A DNA stretch of 64,000 bases from Guillardia theta CCMP2712 (lineage: Eukaryota > Protista > Cryptophyta): NCBI RefSeq assembly GCF_000315625.1, contig NW_005434480.1, positions 19,342 through 83,341 of the forward strand, written 5' to 3'. Positions 11,708 through 23,000 of the stretch are shown here, in pieces. The notes under the pieces were generated by a model. The model saw nothing but the letters and a program-made list of their open reading frames with translations. It was not told the DNA's origin and searched no databases. The number at the start of each line of letters is the position of its first letter. Position 1 is the stretch's first letter. A program made the translations under genes and the position numbers.

Positions 11708-13235
11708 CCTGCCTGCTCCCCGCACGCGTGTTCCTTTCTCCCCTACAGACCCCACCACACCGCCTATGCTTGCCCGACCTGTCAAGTCCCTCTAGTCCCC
11801 TCCTGCACTGTCCATGACTGCCCAAAGAAAGAGAGTCGCAGCAGGCTTTGGGCGCTTTCTGACTGGGTCGCAGAGCTGACTCGACGTCTCGGCTAGCAAG
11901 GGGACAGCATCCAATGACTTGTGCTCGCGACGACTCTCAGGTATGTCCTACAGACCCCTCGCGTTGCATCCTCATGCGAGCATACCAGACCCTCGCACGC
12001 TCACACGCTGCCTCCAAGCAGACAACTCCGCCTGGAGCTGACATCGGCGACTATCTGGTGAAGGCCATGATGACTGGCATGGCCGTGAGCTCGCTGGTGG
12101 AAAGCGTCTCGAGAGCGATCAGCCCGATCTTGGTAGCGTTACACGTCTCGACATGGCCTCAGCATGTGACGTCCTTGCAGACCAATGACGTCGACAAGCA
12201 GCAGCCGAGGAAGCATCCGGAGCATCTGACAATCAGACTAGACATGTCAGGTCATCAGTGCTTGCAGCGTCCGAGCCCGACGAGTCTGACTCTACCTCTC
12301 CGCAGAAGCAAGCTCGCCCGAAGACACGCCCAGCCAACGCCATGCCGAAGCGCCTGTAAGACCCGACGCTCCCTTGTTGCCGAGCTTCACGGCCGGCGGG
12401 AGACGCAAGTCAGCTCTGCGATTGTCGACGCCTCCCTCTCCGCACAGCTCCAGCCTGCCGTCTCCGGTGGGGAAGAAATCGATCCGCTTCATGGACGACC
12501 AAGCCCCGCAAGCCCCGCAAGCTCCAAGGTCCCCCACATCGTCTGCGAGCTCAGCGCGTGCCGAGTCCCGTGCATCAGACCAGCGCATTGCGCGGTATGG
12601 GGCACCGCAGCCTTGTAAAGCAGACAAGAGCAGGAAGGCTAGGCAAGACCCTACGATCGCCGCCAGCTCCAGCGCCGTCGCTGGTCAACGTCGGGCTGAG
12701 GTGAGATGGGCTGGGAGCTCCGGGCCTGCGATGGCTTATCTTGCTGATCGAGCAGGCGGACGAGTGGTGGGCGAGGGTCAACTCGAGCGCGCAGCTGACA
12801 CGAGAAGCCAAACAAGCAGTCCAGCTCCACGCTGACCAGGTGATGCAGCCAGGCGACATCTTGCTTGCTGGCAAGTGACCGGCTTGTAGGCGCGGATGAG
12901 GTCTACGAAGAGTCGCTTGGCTGATCATCGATCGTCTCTGAGCATGCCAGACCGGCACCTGATGGAGATAGCGATGCAGAGTGGGAGGCGATATAGCGAT
13001 ACAGCATTCTTGCACTGATTGGTAGACAGGGGAGTAGTAAAGGGTGTGAAAGCGCTGCAGTTCTGATTGTACATGTATAGAAGGGAATGTTCTTGCAAGA
13101 GTATAAAATGTACAAGTGTGTAACAGTCGGAGTGGATGAGGCTTTCGGATTAATGGTATTGCGTGATGTCTACTCAGGAAGAAGAACTGATGGCAAATGT
13201 GAACCAACGATGAAACCAAGGAATGACTAAATGTC
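11708..13235 (+). repeat. Direct duplicate (copy 3) of the ~6700-8071 segment; probable 5'-only pseudogene
   Basis: Near-identical to copies 1 and 2; includes upstream sequence matching ~6700-6900. Confidence 0.9.
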
Positions 13236-13682
13236 TGGATTGGAAGAGAAGATTTGCGTGTTTGTGTGCAGGTCTCTTTCGATTAGCGTAGGAGAACAGT
13301 GGATATTCCCGTAGTCTTTATCATCTTGAAATTGATGTGCACAAGTGCAGTGGATATACCTCAAAAGCTGTATTGTTGCGTTACAAACATGTGATCGTGT
13401 TACAGACATTTCAAGTAGAGAAATCGATCAGACCATCTTGTGTTCACACAAACGCCCGCCGTTATCCACTTTACCATGGACCCTACTCATATGTATAGTA
13501 CCCGTTCGAGTCATCAAAGAATTTGGGGTATCTCCACTTCCTTTCTTGACCCCTACCTACACATTCTATTCCCAAACTCTGGAGAGTCCGCAACAGACGC
13601 GAACCGCTCGAACGCAACGTTTCGGAGCTTGTGGAGTCCGTGCGCACATGTTGTAAAAGTACTTTTTAATCCTGGTCACGAT

Positions 13683-13716
13683 GCATATCAAGAGATATCA
13701 AGAGCTCTTGATATGC
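13683..13716. promoter_or_regulatory. Palindromic element GCATATCAA...TTGATATGC upstream of giant gene copy A
   Basis: Same 9-bp inverted half-sites occur upstream of copy B (51996-52024) and remnant E (54122-54150). Regulatory function is inferred. Confidence 0.4.
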
Positions 13717-14088
13717 CCGGAGATCCTGCGGGACTGAAGTTACTACGATGTTACTACCCGTAGATACACTGTAAAAGCCTTTTGGTACCGGAAGCCGGTA
13801 CTGGAAAACCCTACCAATAGTGAAGGATGGTATCAAAGTGCAAGTAACAAAAATTGAATTATAAGTTGGATATCAGGCGGTCTGCGGTGCCACGAACTAG
13901 AGGAGGCAAGGGGGTAGTCCTACCCCTAGTCTGGTGGTAAACCCAAGGGTAAAAGGAGGGGTAGACAACTTACCTTCGTATTGTAAACTTCAACGGCACC
14001 CTGCCGGATACTTAGAGGGGTGGGTCTATCCTGCCTCCTTCCTCCCCTCCCGCGCATGCGCTGCGCTAGGGTCGCCATGCCCCCCGAC

Positions 14089-17000
14089 ATGTCTGGGCTG
14101 CAGGTGCTGCTGTCCTGCTCGCGACGAGCTCCCATGCTGACCTCTTCTCAGGCGATCTTGCTGCTCCTCCTCTCCATCAGCTGTCCTGCGCATGCTGCTG
14201 TCGTCTCGCAGTCTGGGATTAAGTACACAGTCGCTGAGACGGCTCAGCTTCAGATGGAAGGAGGCGCCTCGGATCTCAAAGCGACAGACCTCAAGATCTA
14301 CTGGGGGTCGCTGGGAGCTTGGAGCGAAGGGAGTGACATTCTTGCATCGGATACCGTCATCGAAGTTTATCTCCCGCGCTTTTCAGGAGGATCGAACATC
14401 TTCGGCGCATACAGATCTGGCAGCGCAGAGACAAGCGTCATGTGGATGAAGCAAGGTCAAGTCGTCACCATATCTGAGAGCGTGTCCAAGCCATGGGCAG
14501 CAGGTCTCCCTGTGTCAAGCCAGTCTTCGCTCGAGGCTGGTCCGGGGGTGGGAGGATGCTTTGGCATCACCCAGGACCTTTCGTCGAATGCTTTCGATCT
14601 CAAGCAGCTCCAAGCAAACTCCTTCTCCATGTGTCATTGGGACTCACAGAAAGAGACGCTCCGTCTCCTCATGTCCTCATCCCAGCCCATCACAGGCGTG
14701 TACATCAGCAAGGTCTCCTTGTATCAGAACTATGACGTTCACGGCAAGCAGAACGGGCTGGGCCCTCTCCCGCCCATCGGAGGGATAGACGAGCACTGGT
14801 ATCAGCTAGCGAATGTGGCCGTGTATCAGGCATCTGGATCTTCACGAGGCTGTGCGGTGAGGGCGATCAGTGACTTTCCGTCGACGCCTTGCACGAGCGA
14901 TCTCTTGGTGTATCAAGTTCCCTTCGACCAGTATCGCTCAGTGAGGTTCGGTACGGACCTCCCTCCCATCCCTACAAGAAAAGGCGCAGGAGCCGTCGGC
15001 ACCGTAGCTCCTCCAGCCTTCGTCTATGCGGCAGCGTCAGGCAACAACGATGGGCCCAATCAAGCTGTCTGCATCACCGTCACTCTGATCAGCTCGGCCA
15101 CCCTCTACTCGGCTGGCGTCAATCCCACCACCATCACTCTCACCGGACTGACGGGAGCCTCTACCACCAGTCAGCCCGTGCGGCTCTTTCAGAACAAGTG
15201 TCAATGCCAAGGCTCAAGCCCGGTGCAGGACTTGATGCCTGCGAGGTTTCGAACGTCCACCACCGCCAACACCGTCGGCTCAGCAGACTTCAAGGCTGAC
15301 GGGACCCTGACCTTTCAGCTCATACCCGGGCATTACATCCAAGCTGGAGAGGTGCTGACCTTCTCCTTCAGTCTTGTGACGGGTGCCAACCCTCAGTCGT
15401 CTCGAGACCTCAAAGTGTCAATGTCCGGCCAGGCGTGTCTGACCAATGACTTCTGTACGTTACCCAAGTCAGTAGCGATCACGGTTGCGCCGACCTCGTT
15501 TGACTCGTCGTCGAGGATCTTGGAGGTGGTGGGCAAGAAGCTGAGGGTGTCGATGTTTCAAAGCTCAAGCGACCCTGGCTCACTGACCAACCTCTTTGTG
15601 ACGCTCCGGCCCAACTTCAACGTCGAGGTAGGGTCGGTCATCAGCATTCAGGGCCTCTGTGGCTCGCAGAGCAACTCAGCCTATGTCCCTCTAGTCAGCA
15701 ACAGGCTCAACGGCGGGACGCCGCTGACCGACACATGTACTGGAAACCCGACCGAGGTCGACCTTGCCGACTACTGGCCAGGCTCAAGGCTGGACTGGAG
15801 TGGCGGGGGACCTCTCAAGATCACTGTGGCGAGCAGCTTGAGTCTCGTTGCTCGCGGTACTTACGCTCTGTCATGGACTTGGCGGAACCTGGACTTGGCT
15901 CACCCGGCGTGCTCGATGACTGTCAGTATGCAGAAAGGAGGAGACGTGGTGAGCGCGGAGGCTGTAGAGAACATCGGCAACACAGTCGGCACGGTGCTGA
16001 GTCCTGGGTTTATCAAGTACAAGATCGGACAATCGACTACCCGTCCTGACGTTGCCAACTACATCTGCGTGACGCTGAGAAGCAACTTTCGTGTCTCCAC
16101 ACTCTCCAACACCCAAGGTCAGAACAACCTGGCCCAGATTACTATCTCAGGCCTACAGGGATCTCAAACGACAACAGCGCTGTTCGTCAAGGCTTGTCCG
16201 TCATACGACTGGAGCCTGATGCAGCTACAGCCCGAGTCTGATCCGCCAACAGCTCACTTCATCGACCAGATTACGGGAGGTACACTCCATCATACGACAA
16301 GCTGGTCGTCTGGATCAGCCGTCCTGACCGTCAACCAGGACGACGTTGCAAGTCAGATGTACTACTCGATCCCTCAGCAGCAGGACATTGTGTTTGCTCT
16401 CAGGCTCAAGAACCCCAAGGTCTCCAACCCTTGTCAATCAGTGACCATGAGCTTCTCTGGTGTTGGCCCTGGCAACCGCTTGGTCACGCAGACGGTCAAC
16501 ATGGTGCAGAACCGTGTCGATAGAGCCCTCGAGGACGGTGAGACAGACGGAGACGTGTGCGTGCTCAAGACGTACGATTACAGCTTCCTGACTCGAGTCA
16601 TCGCCCAGTCAACCTCGGTCGTACAGGAGAAGAACGTCATTACCGTCACCTTGAGGTCTAACATGGACCTGTTGAGCTCCGTCTACAGTCCTCAGATCAC
16701 CATCTCTGGTCTCACAGGAGCAGACACAGCCGTGACGTCCTTGTCTGCTGCTGCCATCACAGACCAGTACTTCCCCAACATCCAGAAGTCGAGCTGGGAT
16801 AAAGCACGAGGAGTGCTTGTAGTCACTCTTGCTCCAGGAGCTTGCCAGCTGCCTGTCAAGGGTCGACCGTCTAATTGCATGCATGCTGGCTGGACGTATG
16901 CATGGAGTTACACCTTGACGAATGGCGTGACGGAGCAGGCCAGCCCTTCTGTCTCCGTGTCATGTCAGTTTGCTGAGAACAAGCTGTCGAGCCCACAGCT

Positions 17001-20000
17001 CATGGCTTCGCCGATGCGCAAAGACTTGCACGCTCTCTACTTGACGAGGCAGCTGCTCAACAAGTATGACATCGGGCAGTTGAGTCCGGCTCCTGGAGCT
17101 GTCAACCCTGTTTGCATTACCTTGAGACCCAGCAAGTCTATCAATGCGCCGACGACCTTCACTCTGACGGGCTTGGACATGTTCTCTTCCGGTACCAAAG
17201 TAGCCTTGTACGATGAGTATGGGGTATCGCCTCTTACCAGCGGGCTGTTCCAGACAGTTGGGGCTAGCCCGCAAGACAACTACGCGACGTATGACAAGTC
17301 AACGATACAGTTTCAGCTGGGCCCGTCACAGTCGCTGCAGCAGAACTCCAAGTACAAGTTTTGTTTCCAGCTCACCAACGTCAAGACAGGACAAGCGACC
17401 TGCCCTCAGGTCTCGCTGACAGTAGATTCACCGTCTGCACCTGCCGTGTACCGAGGAGCTCAGTCGTATCTCTGCAACAATGATGTGACCAGGAAGGTAG
17501 CCGGCTACACGTCTGAGCCGTCAGGGTGTGCGGGCTACATCTCAGATCGCAAGTTCATATCGTCCAACATCAGGTCGGGATCGAATGTGACAGGCAGCAC
17601 AGTCTGGTTGACGATGGAGCTACAGCCTAACTATCCTCTCGCCTCGGGTCAGACTATCACAGTCGGATCGTTCATCAGCATGAAGAACGCTGGATCATCG
17701 GACATACCATGTACGATAGCCAGGAACGGGCAGGTTGTCAATGCCGCTACCAACAAGCATCGCGCCAAGGGCATAGCGCCTCCGGCTGTGTTCAACAGCG
17801 TATGCAAGTACCTCGACAACACGATACAGATCTCGTACACCGGGGCGTCAACGCAGTACTCATCTTCCGTCTACGACCCGTTCTACAACGTCAATGCTCG
17901 CCGATCCAAGGGCCTGTACAAGGTGGAGGTCACAGCGGGAGGGTCGGGGTATCAGTCTGCTAGTGTGATCATATGCGACGTTACTCCTGGAGCTGAGTTC
18001 TGGACGAAGCCGACATGCACAGCTGCTGGGGTAGTGTTTGCTGCCGGCAGCTCTGCCTCAGCAGCCGCGACCGTGATCTCCGGCACCGTCACGTCCATCA
18101 GCCTGACAGCGCCTGGCTCAGGCTACACGATACGTCCGCAAGTCTTGATCGTCGACTCGTCGGGCTCCGGGAGCGGCGCGCAAGCAGAAGCGTTCATCTA
18201 CGATCACTCCATCTACACAGTCCAGCTGCAGCTGGTCAACCAGGGCACTGCCGCCAGCGCTCAAGCTCTGACGGTCACATCCGGCTTATCATTTGTGTCT
18301 GCGACGCTAGACAGTGGTTACGAGGTCCGAGCAAAGTCCAGCATGCAGCTCCAGGAGCAGCCCAGCAGAGATGTCGTGTTCACGGTCACTCCCGAGCATA
18401 ACCTCTACGAAGGCGACATGCTCCTCGTCAACCTGCCTGCCTACGACGTTGTCACGGGTCCCATCTTCGGCGTGACGTCGTCGCCCAACCCGGCCTTCAC
18501 CACCTTCACCACGCAGCTGGAGTGGGAGCTCAACTACTACCAGGAAGATCGCGCTCGAGCATACATCAGCAACGGCTGGGTGGCGGACGGGAACAGGCAT
18601 CGGTCAGGAGACGGAGACGTGGACGGCTTGTTTGTGCTGTCGCGGGATGACGATGGCTACAACAAGAACAAGGACTTGTGCTGGAGCCGCGTGTCCTGCC
18701 CGTGGGGCCTTCCGGACAGCGACATCACCTTCGGGGGTCCATCGAAGACGCTGGTGCTGACCAAGGTGACCAACGGAGCCTCGACGACTCTAGGGTACAC
18801 GCAGGACATCTGCTACAGGAACACCAGCGTCAACCTCCTTCAACCGTCGGACTATGTCGGCATGCAGCTCAAGTGCCGCAACAATCAGCACACGGTGACA
18901 GCCGGCGGTCAGGTCACAAGCGTGCGAGTGCGGCACGGGGGCCTTGTGGTCATCAGCGGGAGATACTCGGAGAGCTCGGGAGTATCAGGAGCCGCGCCGA
19001 CGTTTGTGGCATCTGGCGCGACCGATCAGGCAACGGGGACGCTGCTGTACCAGGTGGTGGGAGTCCAGTACGTGTCAGGCAGCTCGTTGGCAACTGGTGA
19101 CACGATCGTCTTCGATTCTACCTACCAAGTCCTGCCGGCGAATGCTACCATCTCTTCTCTCTACAGCACCAGCCCAGCTGTGCATGTTACTGCCCCCGGG
19201 CTGTACTCCGGATATCCTTATGCGACCGTGACCGGGAAGAACACCCAGCTACGAGTGCTTGTCTCTGTGGCGAGTGCCAGCCTGACGTCTCAAGGCAGCG
19301 GATACACGTCCATCCCCACCATCACCACCTCGCTCAAGCCAAGTGTCGGCCTGCCCTCGACAGTCCAGCAGCTTGAGCTGCCAGTGTTTGACGTCTCCTT
19401 GACCAACGTGACGAGCACCGTTGTCACCCAGTCTATCCTCGACTACAACCCAGCTAGACAATGCTTCGTAGTGGCGGAAGAGTTTCCGACTTCCTTCTTG
19501 AGCGACTGTCAGGTCGTGCCCAAGGAGCAGGTCGGTCGGTACACCGGCATGACAGCGATGATCGGGTCCAGCGAGTACGTCATCAAGCAGGGAGCAGGCG
19601 GCGTCTACTGGGTGGCAGACCTCAAGGGCAACAAGCCTAGAAGCATCGACCTGGCCAACAAGCCCTACACCATCTACACGCAGCTGCAGCTGCAGGTGGC
19701 GAAGGGCAAGTGGATCCGACAGGGCGAGAGCGTCAGCATCAGCATCCCCGGCTACCGGTTCAAGTCGGTCCCCAGCGACCCCAACGCGTTCGTCACTCCC
19801 TCTACGGACGACGCCTCCAAGACCATCCGAGAGAGGACGAGGTTTCAGTTCGCGACGCCCGTCAGCTTTCGCAACGTCGGGCTAGCGGGCTCTGCTGCTT
19901 CGCGGATGCTTGTGCTCGGCGGTGCCATGTCGTCAGGCGACACCTGCACCATCCAGGGAAGCGACATCGAGAGACCCCAGGCGCCCGACGGGGTGACGGT

Positions 20001-23000
20001 CAACCATGCTGAGACCATGACAAGCGTCGGAGGGAGCGGGCCTGTGTTTGCTCCTCCTTCTACTTGGGGCTCGGGCTATCTGCGACCCGGGAGGTTCTAC
20101 GGCACCTGCACCTCTGGCAGGCGCCTGTCGGGCGTGTTCATGCTCGAGGGGCAGAGGTCAGGCATCGAGCTGATCGAGATCGTGACTCCAGGAACAAGCT
20201 GCAGCGCCAACGTCCAGGTCACCATCTCCAGTCCCGACAAGGACGGGGTGGCTGATGGGCTGACCAACACCCCGGTCTGTCCGTCCGACAGCTCTCTATG
20301 CTCTCAGGCTACGGCAGTCGCGACTGTCAGCGGAGGGTCCATCACCAGCATCGCCCTCACCAGCGCGGGCAGAGGGTACTTCTTCCCGCCTACCGTGACG
20401 CTTACGAACCCCAGCTCCAACACGCCTTGTGACGCCTTTGCGATAGCGCACTTGTCTCACAACTTCACCTCTCGTCTGCGGGTGACAGCAGACTCCAACC
20501 TGATGATGTACCACCCCCAGCGAGATCACTTCGACTCCCTCACTGGCCTGCACTCGACCGTCTTCCCCGCGGTCGCTCTGTACAAGCGATATGATGCGAG
20601 GAAGTCCAACGCTGAGGTCGGAACAGGATACGTGGCTGCCATAGTCGTGACGTCTCTACCGCCGTCGTCTTGCACAGGACCCATCACCATCGAGCCTCCG
20701 CCCTCAGGCAGGACCGCGAGGGCTCAAACAGCAGCCAACGGCGGCGTCACCTCGATCGAGGTCATCGACGGAGGGTCCGGGTACGAGTATCCGCCAGCTG
20801 TGACCCTGCCGTGCACAGACGGCAGCGCCCGGGCGATCCTAGGCTTCGTGACCTCAGACGTTCACATGGCCGGCCCGAGAGCCTCTTCGTACACTGGCAT
20901 GCAGTCGGCGCTGCTGACGTCATCGTCCAAGGCTCCCGCCTTCCGCTCTACCATGGACTCGCCGGTGGTGGTCGGCTTCAACAAGGCTTGCAGCACTGCA
21001 GTCACGCAGACGATGCTGAGGGCAGGCAGCTCGTGGAACAGCTCTCGAGTCACAGCTGTGACGGTCCCGCAGCAGGGGGTGTCGGGGTTTGCGTTCGGGT
21101 TCACAAGCGTGAAGATAAGCCCGTCAGCTATCAACGCCAACGGTCTGGTCGACGCTCATGCCGACGCCGTGGCGGTCCCCACCTGGTCCTTTCCTGTCTC
21201 GGGGTCGAGGCTGGTCAACGGGGAGCTTGGCGTAGTGCACTACAACGGGCCTACGACCGTGACTAATCTCTTCAGCTGCGACGGGTCGGTGCTGGTGTTC
21301 AGCTCTCCGCAGCGGCCAGGAGGGCAGGCGCTCAAGATCAAAGTCTCCCAAGCTGCGGGCGCGAGCCTTCCGAGCTACGAGATCGTACAGCAGGGTCAAG
21401 GGTACGCCAATATCCCCATCGTTGTCGACATGGAGTTTAGCGTCAGAGGGGCGGTCAAGAGCTACCGACAAGACTTTGCGGACCTGAGCAGCAGCCAGCA
21501 GACGCTCTGCAAGCCTTCCTTCTTCTCGCTCAACACGGCGTACCAGGGCACCAACGTCTACTCGGGCTTCGTCATAGCCTCAGGCACTGTGGCACAGCAG
21601 ACAGGCCTGACTCTCGACGGAGCTCTCATCACCCACGAGGGATACGGATACCAGAGCTCGGGCTCCGGACCCATCGCGACCTTCAGCTGCAGCGGATGCT
21701 CCAGCAGCGCCTGTGCTGACAAGAGCGCCAACTCCATCGCCAACCAGGTGTGCACTGCCTCAGAGCTTCAGGTGGAGGCGACGGTGAGCGGAGAGTGCTC
21801 GGGCTCGTGCGAGCAGTCGGTAGCGACCAGCGCCTTCTACTCGCCCAGCAACCGCGACGGGCTGCAAGTCTGCTCGCCGGCGGACGGAGCGGCAGGAGAC
21901 TACAGGACGCGCAAGACGCTGCAGATGCGCGTGTCGAGCGGGCCGTCGGCGTACTCCTCCAGCAACGTCTACACGGCAAGACGCAGCCAGGGCTTCCAAG
22001 GCCCGCGAGGCTCCTTGATCTTCAAGATCGCAGCCAACGAGGCGTTCGCGTCCGCCTCGCTCTGTCAGCCCCCGCGCGTCCTCGTGGAGCATCAACGTCG
22101 TCGCTCTGCCCGGGTCGCTGCCGGCATGCCCAGCTCCCACTCTTGGCGCTTACCCGAGAAGTGGGATGGTCGCGTCTCGGGTCGAGCTCGTGAGGAACGT
22201 CTCGCTGCCAGAGCTCAACCAGGGGGCCGCAAACGTCCAGCCGACTTGCAGCAGCGGGTCGTTTGTTGTCAAGTCTCTCTGCCCGGGCTCCAAACTCTGC
22301 ACAAGCGCCTACTCGCAAGCGGAGCTCAACCCGCTGCCTTCCTGCTCAGGCTCCTCGCAGTGCAGCGCATGTGCTACGTTCCCTTGCCCCGCCCGCACCT
22401 GCGCGGCCGACAACTGTCCCTCCTACCTGTCGACAGTCCTTGATGCCTCGCTGTCGAGTGTGGTCGCTGATGAGGCGCTGGCAGCCATCGGGTGGGATGC
22501 TCGGACCCACCAGCCAGTCCTGCTCAACGCGGGCTTCGGCTTCTCTCCCAGCACGCCTAACCCGCTGAGGCTCGAGTTTCCTTCGGACGCAGGACAAGCG
22601 TATCCGTGCGCGGAGATTCTACTCTACTTCACCGACGGCCCCAGCTCAGACGCCCTTCAGCCGGGCCCTCTCTACTGGCCGGGCGACTTGTCCTTCGATC
22701 AGAGCTCTGTCCGCAACCTGGCGGGCCAGGTGACCGGCGTGGACTATCTGCTCAGACCCGGCTTCATCAACGCAGTCTACGGCTCGTTCAGCAACTTCCC
22801 TGTCACGACTCTTGTGGCTCTCAGAGACCAGGCGGCTCGTCGGCTCCTGCAGACCTCCAGGTCGGCTGTGCTGGAGGTGCAGTCAGTGTCGGGCTTCAAG
22901 GTGGGCGACTACGTGCGGCTTGTGGATGAAGTCCTTCTCGTGGACGCGATCAGCGTCCAGCAGAGCACTCTCACGGTCACTCGAGGCGCGCTCAACACCA

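Noticed and set aside
6895-13235. LTRs of a retrotransposon
   Set aside because: No TG...CA ends, PBS or gag/pol motifs between the copies, and the unit contains in-frame spliceable introns.
22081-22120. Programmed ribosomal frameshift or intron difference linking the two ORFs of copy A
   Set aside because: Comparison with B shows loss of in-frame coding sequence, including a conserved GSGY module. There is no slippery site and no GT-AG boundaries.
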